A DNA stretch of 64,000 nt from Chiloscyllium plagiosum. Taxonomy: Eukaryota. Below the pieces are notes generated by a model. It saw only the letters and a program-made list of their open reading frames with translations. It ran no database searches and was not told the DNA's origin. Below, piece by piece: positions 24,581 through 36,928 of this stretch. The position numbers and the translations under genes were made by a program. Positions within the stretch are counted from its first letter, which is position 1, and every line of letters starts with the position of its first letter. The DNA lies in assembly GCF_004010195.1 (NCBI RefSeq), contig NC_057728.1, forward strand, positions 51,072,322 to 51,136,321, read 5' to 3'.

Positions 24581-25669
24581 TCCAGTACTGGCATGGGTCT
24601 TGTACCCAGATCTTCTGGCCCCAGACATGGAGACGTTACCCACTGCACCACGAGACTTCCACTGCTCGTGCGAGTGGTAGGAGGGGTAAAAAAGAAACTT
24701 CCAAATGATTGCCAGCAGTCAGTGAATATTAAACATGCGTCGCCCAGTGTTGGCTCTGCTTTGAGTACTTCACTGAGTGCTCACAGATAGGTACATGAAT
24801 AGGAAAGATCTGGAGGTCTAGGAGCCAGGAGCGGGCAGTAGAGACTAGTTTAGTTTAGGATTGTAGTTCGGCATGGACCGGTTGGACCGAAGGGTCTTTT
24901 TCGGTGCTGTATGACTGTGTGACACAGACCAGTTGTGTGCCAGGGTAAGGGTGTAACACCATTGCAAAAAGACGCAGCTACCGGCATCGTACAGACTGCA
25001 TCACTGCCCAGAGTCAGCAACAAAGTGGACCGAACCACCTCTGATTTGAACTAATTCACGACCCTATAGATTCACTTACACAGAGCTCAATCTTGGCTTT
25101 GAATTGGAGAGGAAGTGTCTTTGTCTCCCCTAGCCTCCCCATCACGCTGAAAGGTCGCTCTGACTTGAATACTCAGTTTCTTTGGTTCCAATTTGTTACC
25201 ATCGGTTGAAAAGATTTTTAAAAATCTTTTTACAATGCAGGGTCATTGACTGGGCTGGAATTAGGAGCCAGGTGGTGGTGGTGGAGGGGTGGGGCATCGT
25301 TCTTGCATTTGCTTCGTACAAAATTGAACATTGCTGAAAGAAACGTAGAACGTAAAACATAGAACAATACTGTGCAGTACAGGCCCTTCGGCCCTTGATG
25401 TTGCACCGAACTGTGAAACTGATCTGAAGCCCAAGGAGAGGCATGTCGCTGAAGTTTTTCATCTTGCACTCATCAGGATGGACACAAGAATGTCACATTT
25501 CAAGCGCAATTCTAAACAATCCTGAGTGTGCCTGTAATGATGCTGAAAGGCAATTTTAGATCATCTGTCACACTCAAAATGGGGCTCATTTATGTTATCT
25601 GGAAGTGATGTACAATCACATGCAGTGGCTTAATTTTTGCAAACAAATGGAACATGTTCATGCCACAGG

Positions 25670-26790
25670 CAGGGTGTTCGAGATTCCCATCACCTTTATG
25701 GGTGAAATGGTTTCTCCTCGCATCTTCTCTAACCTTTCTGCCCCTTACCTTAAATCAATGTACCCCCTCCTGTTATTGATTGCTCCTTCAAGGGGAAAAT
25801 TCTTCCTGGCTGCCCTATCTTACCCCCTCATAAATTTGTGCGTCTCAGTCATGTTCCCTCTCACTTTCGTCTGCTGTAAGGAAAATGACCCCAGTGTGTC
25901 CAATCTCTCTTCAGCTCAGGCAACATCCTGGTAAATCTCCTCTGCACCCTCTGTAGCGCAATTACGTCCCTCCTACAATGTGGACTCCAGAACTGTACAC
26001 AATTCATGTGACCTAACCAATGTTTTATACATTTTCAGTATAACCCTCCTGCCTTTAAAGTGACTTGCCTTGATTAATAAAAGTAAGCATACCATGTGCA
26101 ATATGTGTGGAGTTTGCATGTTCTCCCCATGTCTGCACATTCTCCCCACGTCTGGGTGCGTTTCCTCTAGGTGCTCTGATTTCCTCCCACAGTCCAAAGA
26201 TGTGCATGGACTGGCCATGCTAAATTGTCCATAGTGTCCAGGGATGTGCAGGTGAGGTGGATCAGTTGTAGGAAGTGCAGGGCTACAGAGGAGGGGGTGG
26301 TGGGTTTGGGTGGGATGCTCTTCAGAGGGACGGTCTGGACTTGATGGGCTGAACAGTCTGCTTCCACACTATAGGGATTGTATTCCATGCTATGCCTACT
26401 TAACCACTTTATCCACCAGTCCTGATACCTTAGGGGACCAGTGGACGTGCACGCCGTGGACCCTCTGATCTGAAGCTCCTACTGCCCATCATGTATCTCC
26501 TCGCCTTGTTTGTTCTGTTCAAGTATATCACCTCTCATTTATCTGAATTAATTCCATTTGCCACTGACTAGCCTATCTGTATCCTTCCGTACTGTCAGGC
26601 TGTTCTCCTCACTATTTGCCCTCCCGCAAATGTTTTTAGTATCTGTGCACTTACTGATCAAGTTTCCCACATTCAAGTCTAAACCATTTATATAAACTAC
26701 AAACATCGAGAGTCTCAACATTGACCCCTGCGGGACCCCATTGGACACCTTCAGCTTCCTGCCACTCAGCCAATTGTGGATCCAATCTGT
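25670..26790 (-). mobile_element. Degenerate CR1 RT C-terminus and 3' region, interrupted by an HE1 SINE
   Basis: ORF 26548-26748 reads GVPQGSMLRLSMFVVYINGLD...ISKCTDTK; further on, VILKMYKTLVRSH. Confidence 0.8.
26103..26388 (+). mobile_element. HE1-type SINE, 5'-truncated, with a short internal tandem duplication
   Basis: GTTTGCATGTTCTCCCCATGTCTG followed by CACATTCTCCCCACGTCTG, then the usual body and tail. Confidence 0.82.
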
Positions 26791-26854
26791 AAGATCAAAA
26801 CTTTTCGCTACATAGTTCTCTTTTCAACATGATTAACATAACCTGTACCAATGA

Positions 26855-27212
26855 GGGGATGGTGGAATGTTTGTACTGTTACCTGTAATTCAGTGACCTG
26901 GACTCGGAGACTAAAGACATGAGTTCAAACCCCACGTTCAATGTAACCAAGGAATAAATCTGGAATAAAACACCAGTCTTTATTAACAATGATTATGAAA
27001 CTCCTAGATTGTCTTAAATATCCATTTGGTTCAATAATGTCCTTTTGGGGAAGGCTGTCTGCTGTCTTTACCTGGTCTGTCTTCCATGTCACTCCAGACT
27101 CTCACCAATGTCCCCTGCTTTGAACTGCCCTATGCAATGACCAAGCAATCCTCTCTGTGCTTAAGCCAAGGACAACAAATGCTGGCCTCATCAGTAACGC
27201 TCGCATTCCTTT
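26855..27212 (+). mobile_element. Old tRNA-derived SINE (second family)
   Basis: GAGTTCAAACCCCAC box, CCATTTGGTTCAATAATGTCC, CCATGTCACTCCAGAC, and the tail ACAAATGCTGGCCTCATCAGTAACGCTC. Confidence 0.65.
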
Positions 27213-27639
27213 CAAAGAAAATCACACAAGTGGAATTCGGACACATGGATAAATGAAATGTCAGTGATTAAACTCATCAGCTCGGTTGAATTCCCTCTGA
27301 CTGACAGTTTTCAGGAATCTCACTGACTGCCCTTATTCACCCTCAGGATAGAAACGGTAGACCTCTGCCTCATCTCGCTCCTCTCCAAATCCCATTTGCT
27401 CATTAGTGCCCTGAGCCAGGATGCCTGGGTTTAAGGTCCGCCTACTCCAGAGGTGTTCCTTAACATCTCTGAACAGGCTCATTAAAAATATCTATGGATT
27501 TAAAAAATTTCAATCGATTATTGCTGAAGCTAATTGAAGAATGATTCTGCCCCCCCTCCCCCCCACCATTGAAAAGAGCCATTTGCCATAGTACCTGCTG
27601 TGGCTTTTGCAAGTGAATATAATTCCATCCATGAGGGTA

Positions 27640-27748
27640 CTTGTGGGGCAGTGGTAGTGTCTGTATCTCTGAGCGCAAAGGCCTGGGTTCGAGTCCCACT
27701 TGTTCCAGAGGTGTGTGAAGAAATCTCTGATTCATCAGAATATATCCA
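27640..27748 (+). mobile_element. Short (~110 bp) tRNA-derived SINE (third family)
   Basis: A box GGCAGTGGTAG and B box GGTTCGAGTCCC, followed by TCCAGAGGTGTG...AATATATC. Further copies at ~5020-5092(-), 7372-7485(-), 27400-27495(+), 39355-39452(+) and 47620-47730(-). Confidence 0.7.
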
Positions 27749-28119
27749 TCTACTCAAACCTGAGGGAGTCGACTCCCCAGCCTCAGCACCAGCACGGTTT
27801 TTGGATTCACACAAGCTTCTAATGGGAAGATTGTCCAAAACGCTGCAATTGATGACACATTTGGGCTTTGTCTGTGAATTGAAACTATCAATCAAATGGT
27901 CCACCGCATGCTGGATTCTAGAAGGTCTGCTGATGAAGAAGCCAATCTTTACGCACTTTTTTTACAAGCATTTTCTAACAGGGACATATAGTACAAGCAA
28001 GTACCTCTCTGGCAAGCAATAAAAGTGTTTGTTTTATGTAGTGAACCCCCAGTTAATGTCACCACCTTGTGCTCAATTCAACAAACTTAATACACAATGA
28101 ACACACTTGTTTATGAAGG

Positions 28120-28602
28120 GTAGTGGGATGTTGTTGGAGGGTTAGATTCCAGGGATGAAAGTGCTGTTGTACGAGGAGCGGTTGAATAACATGCAGGAGT
28201 TTGGAAGAATGGGGGGACGATCTGATTGAGGGATACAAAATGTTAAAGGGGGTCGCTAAGGTGGACCGTTGTACAGATGGTCCCCCTTGTGGGACAGCCT
28301 CTAACTAGAGGTCAGAGATACAGAGTGTGAGGAGGTTGGTTCAAAACTGAGGTGAGGAGAAAGTACTTCTGTCAGAGGGTTGTGAATCTGTGGGACTCAC
28401 CGCCCCAGAGTGCGGTGGAGGCAGAGTTGATTCAAGAAAGAAATGGATAGGTTTCTGATGAAATGTGAGGTAAAGGGCCATGGGAAGCAGGCAGGAAAGC
28501 GGTGTCGAGACCAGGATAAGATCAGGCGTGATCGTGTTAAGTGGTGGAGCGAGCTCACAGGGCTGGACTCCCTACTCCTGCAATTACTCCTATGTTCCTA
28601 TG
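28120..28602 (+). mobile_element. CR1 3' end
   Basis: IPGMK.LLYEERL...RMGDDLIE.YKMLKG...RRKYFCQRVVNLWDS, and the tail GGGCTGGACTCCCTACTCCTGC...CCTATGTTCCTATG. Confidence 0.8.
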
Positions 28603-28842
28603 AGGGTGCTCAGTTTCTCTGCTCATTTGCTGATCTGGTAGCATCATTCTCACTAGAATAAGCAGAAGGTTCAGGCAAGTTCATTCCTGAGTCAGTATGT
28701 TCTCCCATCACCCACCTGCAGATATGGCTGTGAGATGCTGCTGAGTCCTGATGCTTTTAAACATGTTGAGCAATATTTGCTCTTTCTGTTTCTGTGCACC
28801 AAATACATCCTTCAAACTTGAATCAACCTGATTTAATGATTT

Positions 28843-29040
28843 GGAGATGCCGGTGTTGGACTGGGGTGTACAAAGTTTAAAAACCACACAACACCAGGTT
28901 ATAGTCCAACAGGTTTAATTGGAAGCACTAGCTTTCGGAGCAGTGCTGACACAACCACCTGATGAAGGAACGACGCTCCGAAAGCTGGTGCTTCCAATTA
29001 AACCTGTTGGACTATAACCTGGTGTTGTGTGGTTTTTAAC
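28843..29040. mobile_element. Penelope-like terminal repeat, family B, near-perfect foldback
   Basis: AAAACCACACAACACCAGGTTATAGTCCAACAGGTTTAATTGGAAGCAC pairs with GTGCTTCCAATTAAACCTGTTGGACTATAACCTGGTGTTGTGTGGTTTT. CTGATGA...GAAAGCT core at 28959-28986. Confidence 0.8.
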
Positions 29041-29599
29041 TCTTTTTATCTGGTTTAAGATTTACTTTATTTCAAGACACCATATAAGGAACTTACTTGA
29101 CAGTTTAAGATTGATTTCAGCCTAGTGGTTAAAGTAAAATCACAGTCTGGAATAATTACCTTCCTCCAATAGCCTGCTTTTAACTGGAGATATTTGATTG
29201 ACAATGATGTCACCCTTGTCCTGTGCACATTATTCCTAATTGTTGGCTATTTTATTATCAGTCTAATAAAACTGCATTGGCTTTGTATTTTTTTAAAAAA
29301 TCTTCAGTTCAGGACGGTCTTTCCTCCCTGTTTTGGTTTTGGCTGTGATGAACTGTCAGACCCTGCCTAGTGGAGCACTCGGAGCTGTGTGTATCTGGGC
29401 CCCTGTCACCATTCATTCACTGCTGTCAGCATGGCTTAACATGTTACGTAGACATTGATAAAAATTCACGCCCGAAGAGGCTGGGAGAGCTGAAAAATCA
29501 AGCTGATTCCAGCTTTGACCCATATCTAAAGTCCATCAAAGCGTTAACTCTGAAAAATGGAGCCAGAGTGCATCAGCACGGTCAACAAATATAGTCATC

Positions 29600-29880
29600 A
29601 CTTATATTTACATGGTGCCTTTAGTGTTATGAAATGTCCCAAGATGCTTCACAGCATAAAGCAAAACTTGACACCGAGCCACTTAAGGCAATATTGGGGC
29701 AGATCGCCAATGGGTTGGCCAACGAGGTCATTTTCAGGTAGAGAGGAGTTGTAGGGAGGGAACTCCAGAGCTTGGAGCCTAGGCTGTTTGAAGGCACGCC
29801 CGCCCAATGGTGTAGCATTTAAAAACAGGGATACACTAGTGGCTGGAATTTGAGGAATGCAGAGATCTCGGAGGGTTGTG
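29600..29880 (-). mobile_element. L2-type LINE 3' end, degenerate
   Basis: ATATTTACATGGTGCCTTT...AAATGTCCCAAGATGCTTCACA tail and AGGGAGGGAACTCCAGAGCTT (antisense of KLWNSL). Similar pieces at ~48870-49395 and 54160-54360. Confidence 0.6.
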
Positions 29881-31425
29881 TTTTAAAATATACCCTGGCC
29901 TCTGTGCACCAGCACTCCGTCGTACCTTCATTCCTCCACACCCACCCCTTCACCTTCATTCCCTCGTTCCCCCACCGCCACCTCAACAGTGGGTTCCCCA
30001 CTTGGAGATTGATGCTGCCGTGTCTCATTTCTCTGGGTTCAGTTGCAGCCGCAGGTCTATGTCGGGGTCCGTGCATTTTGTGCTAAGTTCTCCTGTCGGT
30101 GGACGTTGAATTGATTTCCCAGCTGCAGTGCTGAACCTTTATAAATAGAACTGTTGTGATTTGCTGATGGTGCTCTCGATAAGAGAGAGAGACGATCAAT
30201 GTGGCCGAGAATAAACAGACTGAGGACAGCTCAGTGCACAGACACAATGCGTAGGAACAGAAGGAGTCCACTCAGTATCTTGAGCTTGCACACCTTACAG
30301 TCAGATTGTGGATCTGAGCATTTTCCTGCCTTTTCCTTTGTATCCTTTGTTACCCTTTCCCCAAACCTGGCCATCAATCACAGTCTGGTAAAGTCTCCCG
30401 TGACCTCTAGCACCAACAGCTTATTTGGCAGAAAGAATTCCAGTTGTTCCCAACCCAAGAGACATATTTCTATCCTATGGAATTGAGGGAAATGAGGAGT
30501 AGGCAACAACATGGAACCCAAGACCAGCCATGACCGTGTTGAATGATGGAGCAGGCACAAAGGTTCTGCTGCTGTCTCTATTCCTTTTGTTCTTTAAGTG
30601 GAATGAAACCCTTCATTATTGCCCCTGGAACAGCCTGCCTTACACTATCCCCTTTGTTCATGTCTGCTGCCCACACCATCCCCTTCCCTGCGAAGATGGT
30701 CTCTGTAGATCAAACCCGTTGTGTCCTTTAGTTGTACTAAACACCTCAATTAGGGCATGCTACAGTCCTCAAAACGCTCAGGAATGCAAGCCAAGTTTCT
30801 GCATCCTCTCCTAATTTAACCCTTTTAGTCACAGAGTCATTTTGGTGATCCTGTGATGTGGCTTCCTCCCCCCCCATTTCCCACTTCGAGGCCAGAATTG
30901 AAGGCTCCAGAAAATGTCACAATCTGATTCCTATCTGCGTTGTCTTCAATGGTTTGGGCACAGCTGCCTGGTGTAGAGTTTCCTGGAATACTTTGGATAT
31001 TTCACGACTTAATTTCCTGCGTTTGAACAGGTTTGGGAAGCAGTTGGTGTCTCCTATCAGCTCTCCTGATGTGGGACAGCTGTGATAGCAGAGAGCTTTT
31101 ATATTCACACGTGGGATAAGTAATACAATGTGACGAATTGCAGCTTTCTTGTTCCCTGACTATTTCACTGGAGCTTGGGAGAACTTCTCTACTTCAGCTT
31201 CTATCTTTCTGAATGAATTTCCCACTTGAAACAGTTGTTCGTAATCACTGAATTCATGGAGATAGAGTGTTACTGGTAGGGGTGTGTGGGTGAGTGTGGT
31301 GGTTAGGAGAGTCTGTATGTGCATATATTAATCTCTGTGTACGTGTGTATGCGAGAAGAAGTCTCTGTGTGTGTATCAATCTCTAACAGAGACTGACACA
31401 TAGAGATTGGCACAGACTCAGTTTG

Positions 31426-31553
31426 AGCTGAAAATGTGTTGCTGGAAAAGCGCAGCAGGTCAGGCAGCATCCAAGGAACAGGAGAATCGACGTTTCGGGC
31501 ATAAGCCCTTCTTCAGGAATGAGGAATAAGGACCTGCTGCGCTTTTTCAGCAG
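31426..31553. mobile_element. Penelope-like terminal repeat, family A, with a short inverted arm
   Basis: Exact 14 bp TSD ACAGACTCAGTTTG at 31412-31425 and 31554-31567. Confidence 0.88.
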
Positions 31554-31597
31554 ACAGACTCAGTTTGGGTGAGAGTTTGTTGTGTTTATGTAGAAGT

Positions 31598-32090
31598 TAT
31601 AGAATTGCTACTGTGTGGAAACAGGCCATTTGGCCCAACAAGTCCACACTGACCCTCTGAAGAGTAACCCACCCAGACCTATTTCCCTACTCTATTACTC
31701 TACATTTTCCCTGATTAATGCACCTAACCTGAACAGTATGGGGAAATTCAGCTTGGCTATTTCACCTAATCCTGCACATTTGGGCGGCAGGGTGGCACAG
31801 TGGTTAGTACTGCTGCCTCACAGCGTCAGAGACCCGGGTTCAATTCCCGCCTCAGGGTATGGGTGGGTTGCGCTTCGGCGGGTCGGTGTGGACTTGTTGG
31901 GCCGAAGGGCCTGTTTCCACACTGTAAGTAATCTAATCTAATCTAATCTAATCATTGGATTGTGGGAGGAAACCCACGCAGATACGGGGAGAATGTGCAA
32001 ACCCCACACAGACAGTCACCCGAGGCTGGAATCGAAATGGGTCCCTGGTGCTGTGAGGCAGCAGTGCTAATCACTGAGCCACCATGCTGC
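31598..32090 (-). mobile_element. HE1-type SINE split by a second, oppositely oriented HE1 SINE
   Basis: The antisense body breaks at CCTGCACATTT (31781) and resumes at TTGGATTGTGGGAGGAAACC (~31955). Confidence 0.85.
31782..31953 (+). mobile_element. Internally deleted HE1-type SINE (head joined directly to tail)
   Basis: GGGCGGCAGGGTGGCACAGTGG...CCCGCCTCAGG is joined to GTATGGGTGGGTTGCGC...(AATCT)n. The V-domain is absent. Confidence 0.85.
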
Positions 32091-32594
32091 CTTTATGTAC
32101 TTTATGTACATATACAAAATATTTTGCAACCAAGGTGTACAATGTTCAGATATTAATTTGTACCTCTCCATATTTGCAAATACCTACTAAATTCAAACTG
32201 ATGGCTTCCTCTGTCTGATCTGAATTCAGATCCCCTTCAGGCCAATTTCTCTTGAATTCCAGCCTTTCTGTAATTTATTTTTGTAGATAATGCTTTTCTT
32301 CCCTTTAATTTTCCCAGACTCCTTTCACATACAAACCAACTGCATGAATGCATCACCATCAGCTTGCCTTGTTCCCTTCTCATTTTCAGCTCCGTCTGTG
32401 GGTGTGAAGTTGCTTTTGAGGATTAGCTCTTCCTCCCTTAACACATGAAATGCGATGATTCAGATCAGACAGCAGGGCTAGGGATCTCTTCCTCTGAGGT
32501 AATAGAAACTGAATCTTTGGATATGTTATCCAGATTCTTGGGAAGCAAGGGAATGAAAGGTTAATTGGGGTAAGTGGGAATTTCTTTTCCCTGA

Positions 32595-32890
32595 TTTACT
32601 CATGGGATGTGGACGTCACTGGCTGGGCCAGCATTTATTGCCCGTCCCTAGATGCCCTCGAGAAGGTGTAAGTGAGCTGCCTTCTTGAAAAACTGCAGCC
32701 CCTGTTCTGTAGGTTGACCCATAATGCCATTAGGGAGGGAATGCCAGGATTTTGACCCAGCAACAGTGAAGGGACGATGAGGAGAACTCGCAGGTGGTGG
32801 CGTTCCCCATGTAACTGCTGTCCTTCCAAATGGAAGTGGTCATGGGTTTGGAAGGTCCTGTGTAAGGATCTTTAGTGAATACCTGCAGTG
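32595..32890 (-). mobile_element. 3' end of an abundant LINE (partner of the second SINE family)
   Basis: GGCCAGCATTTATTGCCCGTCCCTAG...GAGCTGCCTTCTTGAA...CCAGGATTTTGACCCAGC. Sense copies at ~36640-36835, 46850-47040 and 50900-51320. Confidence 0.7.
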
Positions 32891-33427
32891 TGTGAATTCA
32901 TCAGCTCAGCTGTGATCTTGATGAATGGTGGAGCGGGCTTAAGGGGACGGACTCCGACTCTTGTTGGGGCAGAACTGTTCCACTGGTTTCTGAACTCCCC
33001 TTCGCCCGTCACGCTCTGCGCTCGCTGAACTATATCGGTTCTCCCTCTGGCGATGCCTCAGGGTTCTAAACCTTCATGTCGTAAGTCCAGCCGTGAGCTT
33101 CATCCTTCCCTATCCCCGGAATCCTCTTCAGCCTGACCAGTGCTCGCTATCCTGTATCCAATGCCCTCAGTCGCCATTGTTGAGTCTGTAGGCTGGTCTT
33201 TACATCTGCTGCAGGAGTGATGCAAACCAAGGCCTCCACTAACTCCCGCCATATCTCTGTTGTCTCAGAGTGTCCAGCCAAGACTCGAGTGGCCACTTGT
33301 TGGATGTCTGGTGGGAAGGAGGTGAATTTGAGACCAGAGAGGGTACAAACGTGTGTGCTCCATGCCCAATTGGGATGGTAGGCCAGGTTGTCACGGGGCA
33401 GAGGGGTAAGACTATGAAGACAGTGTC

Positions 33428-33765
33428 AGTCATAGAGATGCACAGCACGGAAACAGACCCTTCGGTCCAACCTGTCCACGCCGACCAGATATCCCAACCC
33501 AATCTAGTCCCACCTGCCAGCACCTGGCCCATATCTCTCCAAACCCTTCCTCTTCATATACCCATCTAAATGCCTCTTAAATGTTGTAATTGTACCAGCC
33601 TCCACCACATCCTCTGGCAGCTCATTCCATACACATATCACTCTCTGTGAAAAATTTGCCCCTTTGTCTCTTTTATATCTTTCCCCTTTCACCCTAAACC
33701 TATGCCCTCTGGACTCCCCGACCCCAGGGAAAAGACTTTGCCTATTTACCCTATCCATGCCCCCA
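33428..33765 (-). mobile_element. CR1/HER1 3' end
   Basis: ORF 33504-33782 reads GMDRVNRQSLFPGVGESRGHRFRV...FSQRVICVWNELPE, followed by the HER1-type tail GGACCGAAGGGTCTGTTTCCGTGCTG. Confidence 0.88.
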
Positions 33766-34002
33766 TGGCTACAAGGACTCATGCTTTCTGAACATCTATT
33801 TTTTTGTTTTGCTGAAGGCTTAAAAATGTTAGGGTAATGTTAAAACATTCATTCCGATCCTGCAACCTTCCCCGGCTGCAGCTGCTGGTCCTAGTGACCG
33901 GGCCTTGTCTTCCACCATTTTACTGTCTCATCACAGCTCCTGTAATATATTTAATAAAGGCTAACACCCAGTACATACAGTAGGCAGGGAAAGGTTTAAG
34001 AT

Positions 34003-35010
34003 GGGTGGTGGTGGAGGGTTCCTTTTCACACTGGAGGCCTGTGACCAGCAGTGTGCCACAAAGATTGATGCTGGGTCCATTGTTTTTCGTCATTTATATA
34101 AATGATTTGGATGTGAACATATGCGATACAGTTCGTAAGTTTGCAGATGACACCAAAATTGGAGGTGTAGTGGACAACAAAAAGAGGTTACCTCAAATTA
34201 CAATGACATCTTGATCAGATGGGCCAATGGGCTGAGGAATGGCAGATGGAGTTTAATTTAGATAAATGGAAGGTGCTGTATTTTGGAAAAGCAAATCTTA
34301 GCAGAACTTATACATTTAATGGTAAGGTTCTGGGGAGTGTTGCTGAACAAAGAAACCTTGGAGTGCAGGTTCATAGCTCCTTGAAAGTGGAGTCGCAGGT
34401 AGATAGGATAGTGAAGAAGGCATTTGGTATGCTTTCCTTTATTGGTCAGAGTATAGAGCATAGCAGTTGAGAGGTCATGTAGTGGCTCTACAGGACCACT
34501 TTGGAATATTGCGTGCAATTTTGGGCTTCCTCCTTGTGAAACCTGAAAGTGTTCAGAAAAGATTTAGAAGGATGTTGGCAGGGTTGGAGGATTTGAGCTA
34601 TAGGGGGAGACTGAATAGGCTGGGGTTGTTTTTCCTGGAGTATCGGAGGCTGAGGGGTGACGTTATAGAGGTTTATAAAATCATGAGAGGCATTGATAGG
34701 GTGAATAGACAAGGTCTTTTCCCCAGGGTAGAGGAGTCCAGAACTAGATGTTTAGGTTGAGAGGGGGAAAATTTAAAAGGGACCTAAGGGGCAACTTTTT
34801 CACAGAGAGGGTAGTGTGTGTATGCTGCCAGAGGAAGTGGTGGAGGCTGATACAAATACTCATCCAGATGCCTTTTAAAGATTGTAAATGAAGACAAAGA
34901 GTTTAATGGATATGGGCCAAGTGCTGGCAAATGGGACTAGATTAGATTAGGATATCTGGTTGGCATGGACGAGTTGGACCGAAGGGTCTGTTCACAAACT
35001 TTACGTCTCG
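34003..35010 (+). mobile_element. 5'-truncated CR1/HER1 LINE (RT C-terminus to 3' UTR), frameshifted
   Basis: VVVEGSFSHWRPVTSSVPQRLMLGPLFFVIYINDLD...KFADDTKIGG; WAEEWQMEFNLDK; RRLRGDVIEVYKIMRG. Confidence 0.92.
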
Positions 35011-35691
35011 ATGATCATGTTATTAACGAGCTCATTTACTGAGGGATTCCAGAAATGGCGAGCTGCCAATTTCCCAGGCTGTTTGCCTTCTGTAATTTGG
35101 GAGACTGGAGTGTTCCGTGGGGTGGGGGCGGAGGAGTAGGAGACACCTTATTGTAAATGCATTTCCCATTCGAAAGCACTCACCTGCCTATCATGATTAT
35201 TTCTCACTAGCTATTTCCCTCTTCTCAATTCCCTCGTCTGAACATGATGTAAGTTCGAAGTGTTGTTGCATTATCATAGAGTTTGGACTGACTCCTGCTG
35301 CTCCTGGATGGATGAAGTGGGAGGTGATGTTGCAAGATGAAAAAAATGAGGCTGCATCTATTAAGCTCTCAGTTGAGAGATAAATCGATGTTTTGTTCAC
35401 TGCTGGTGCTGTATATTAAGCCTCCCCTTCCAATTACTTCAGCATTTACAGTCTCAAGGTGCTGAGATGCATGAATTGAAATGTTGGTTCGACACACACT
35501 CATTAATAAACTTCCAGGAAATGAGGAGGTAATACTGATGTGTCACAAGCTGTTAATCTGAAAGCAGCTACAAAAACTGGGAATTCAAGGCCCGTGTTAA
35601 CGTGTCAGTCATAGCTCACAGTGCCAAAAGATTGTTAGTCTCATATCACCGATATCAGCTTCAAAATCTGGGGCAATATTTCCACTGGAAT

Positions 35692-36030
35692 ACCGAGGGG
35701 GCGCTGCACTGTCGGAGGGTCAGAACCGAGGGGGCGCTGCACTGTCGGAGGGTCAGAACCGAGGGAGCGCTGCACTGTCGGAGAGTCAGAACCGAGGGGG
35801 CGCTGCACTGTCGGAGGGTCAGAACCGAGGGAGCGCTGCACTGTCGGAGGGTCAGAACCGAGGGAGCGCTGCACTGTCGGAGGGTCAGAACCGAGGGAGC
35901 GCTGCACTGTCGGAGAGTCGGTACCAAGGGCGCACCACACTGATGGAGGGTTATTACTGAGGGAGCAACATACTGTCGGACGGTCAGTACCAAGGGAGCG
36001 CCACACTGACAGAGGGTCAGTGCTGAGGGA
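35692..36030. repeat. 33-bp minisatellite ACCGAGGG(G/A)GCGCTGCACTGTCGGAGGGTCAGA, 7 near-identical plus ~3 diverged units
   Basis: Units start every 33 bp from 35692, with no spacers. Confidence 0.96.
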
Positions 36031-36928
36031 CAGTAAAACTGTAAAGTCCTTCTGGTAGTCTAAGGAAGTGATACATGATGCATTAATGGAAGTGTTTCTG
36101 TTTTTGGTTAACTATCAACAAATAAAGTGTGCGCAGTGTTTTCTACACTAACCACTGACTGGATGGACAATGGTTTTCCTCATGTCACCTCTGGCTATTT
36201 TACCATACACCCACAATTGATCTCTTATTTGGAAAATCTATTGCCACTGGCCTGTGGGTTGTTAGTTCGATGGCTCACGTTCATATTTAGGGCGAAAAGA
36301 GCAAAGGGAGCAGTTTGGGAAATTAGTTAATACAAATCCGTTCCAAGACATGAAAGTCAAATCATCTACAAGTTTCCCTGCATTAACTCGCCATGCCTCC
36401 TCCAACAGTATCTTCGATACCTACAACTATGACCACCTGGAATGGCAGTCGCAGCTGCTACATGGGTATGTCACCATAGAGCCATAAAGATGTACGTTGT
36501 CGGTCTAACTTGTCCACGCCGACCAGATATCCCAACTCAATCTAGTCCCACCTGCCAGCACCCGGCCCATATCCCTCCAAACTCTTCCTATTCATAAACC
36601 CAATCAGGTGCCTTTTAAATGTTGCAATTGTACTACTTGCAGGTTCCTCTCTCAACCACTCACCACTCTGACTTGGAAATATATTGTTGTTCCTTCACTG
36701 TCACTGATTCAAAGTTCTCTCCCTCACAGTACTGTGGGTGGCCTTCCCCAATATGGACTGCAGCAGTTGAAGAGGCAGCTCACCACCACCTTGTCAGGAA
36801 GAATTGGACTGGATAATAAATGCTGGCCTTGCACCATTGAAATCCTGAAGATGTGTTCTCCCTGACGACACACTCCAGCCAGCGGAAACCACATATTGGT
36901 GTTGACCCTGTCGAGCCCTCTTAGAATT

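Noticed and set aside
35602..36006. ORFs with (TEGALHCRRVR)n or (QCSAPSVLTLR)n, or a CRISPR-like 33-mer array
   Set aside because: These are in-frame artefacts of a spacer-less 33-bp SINE-derived tandem repeat.
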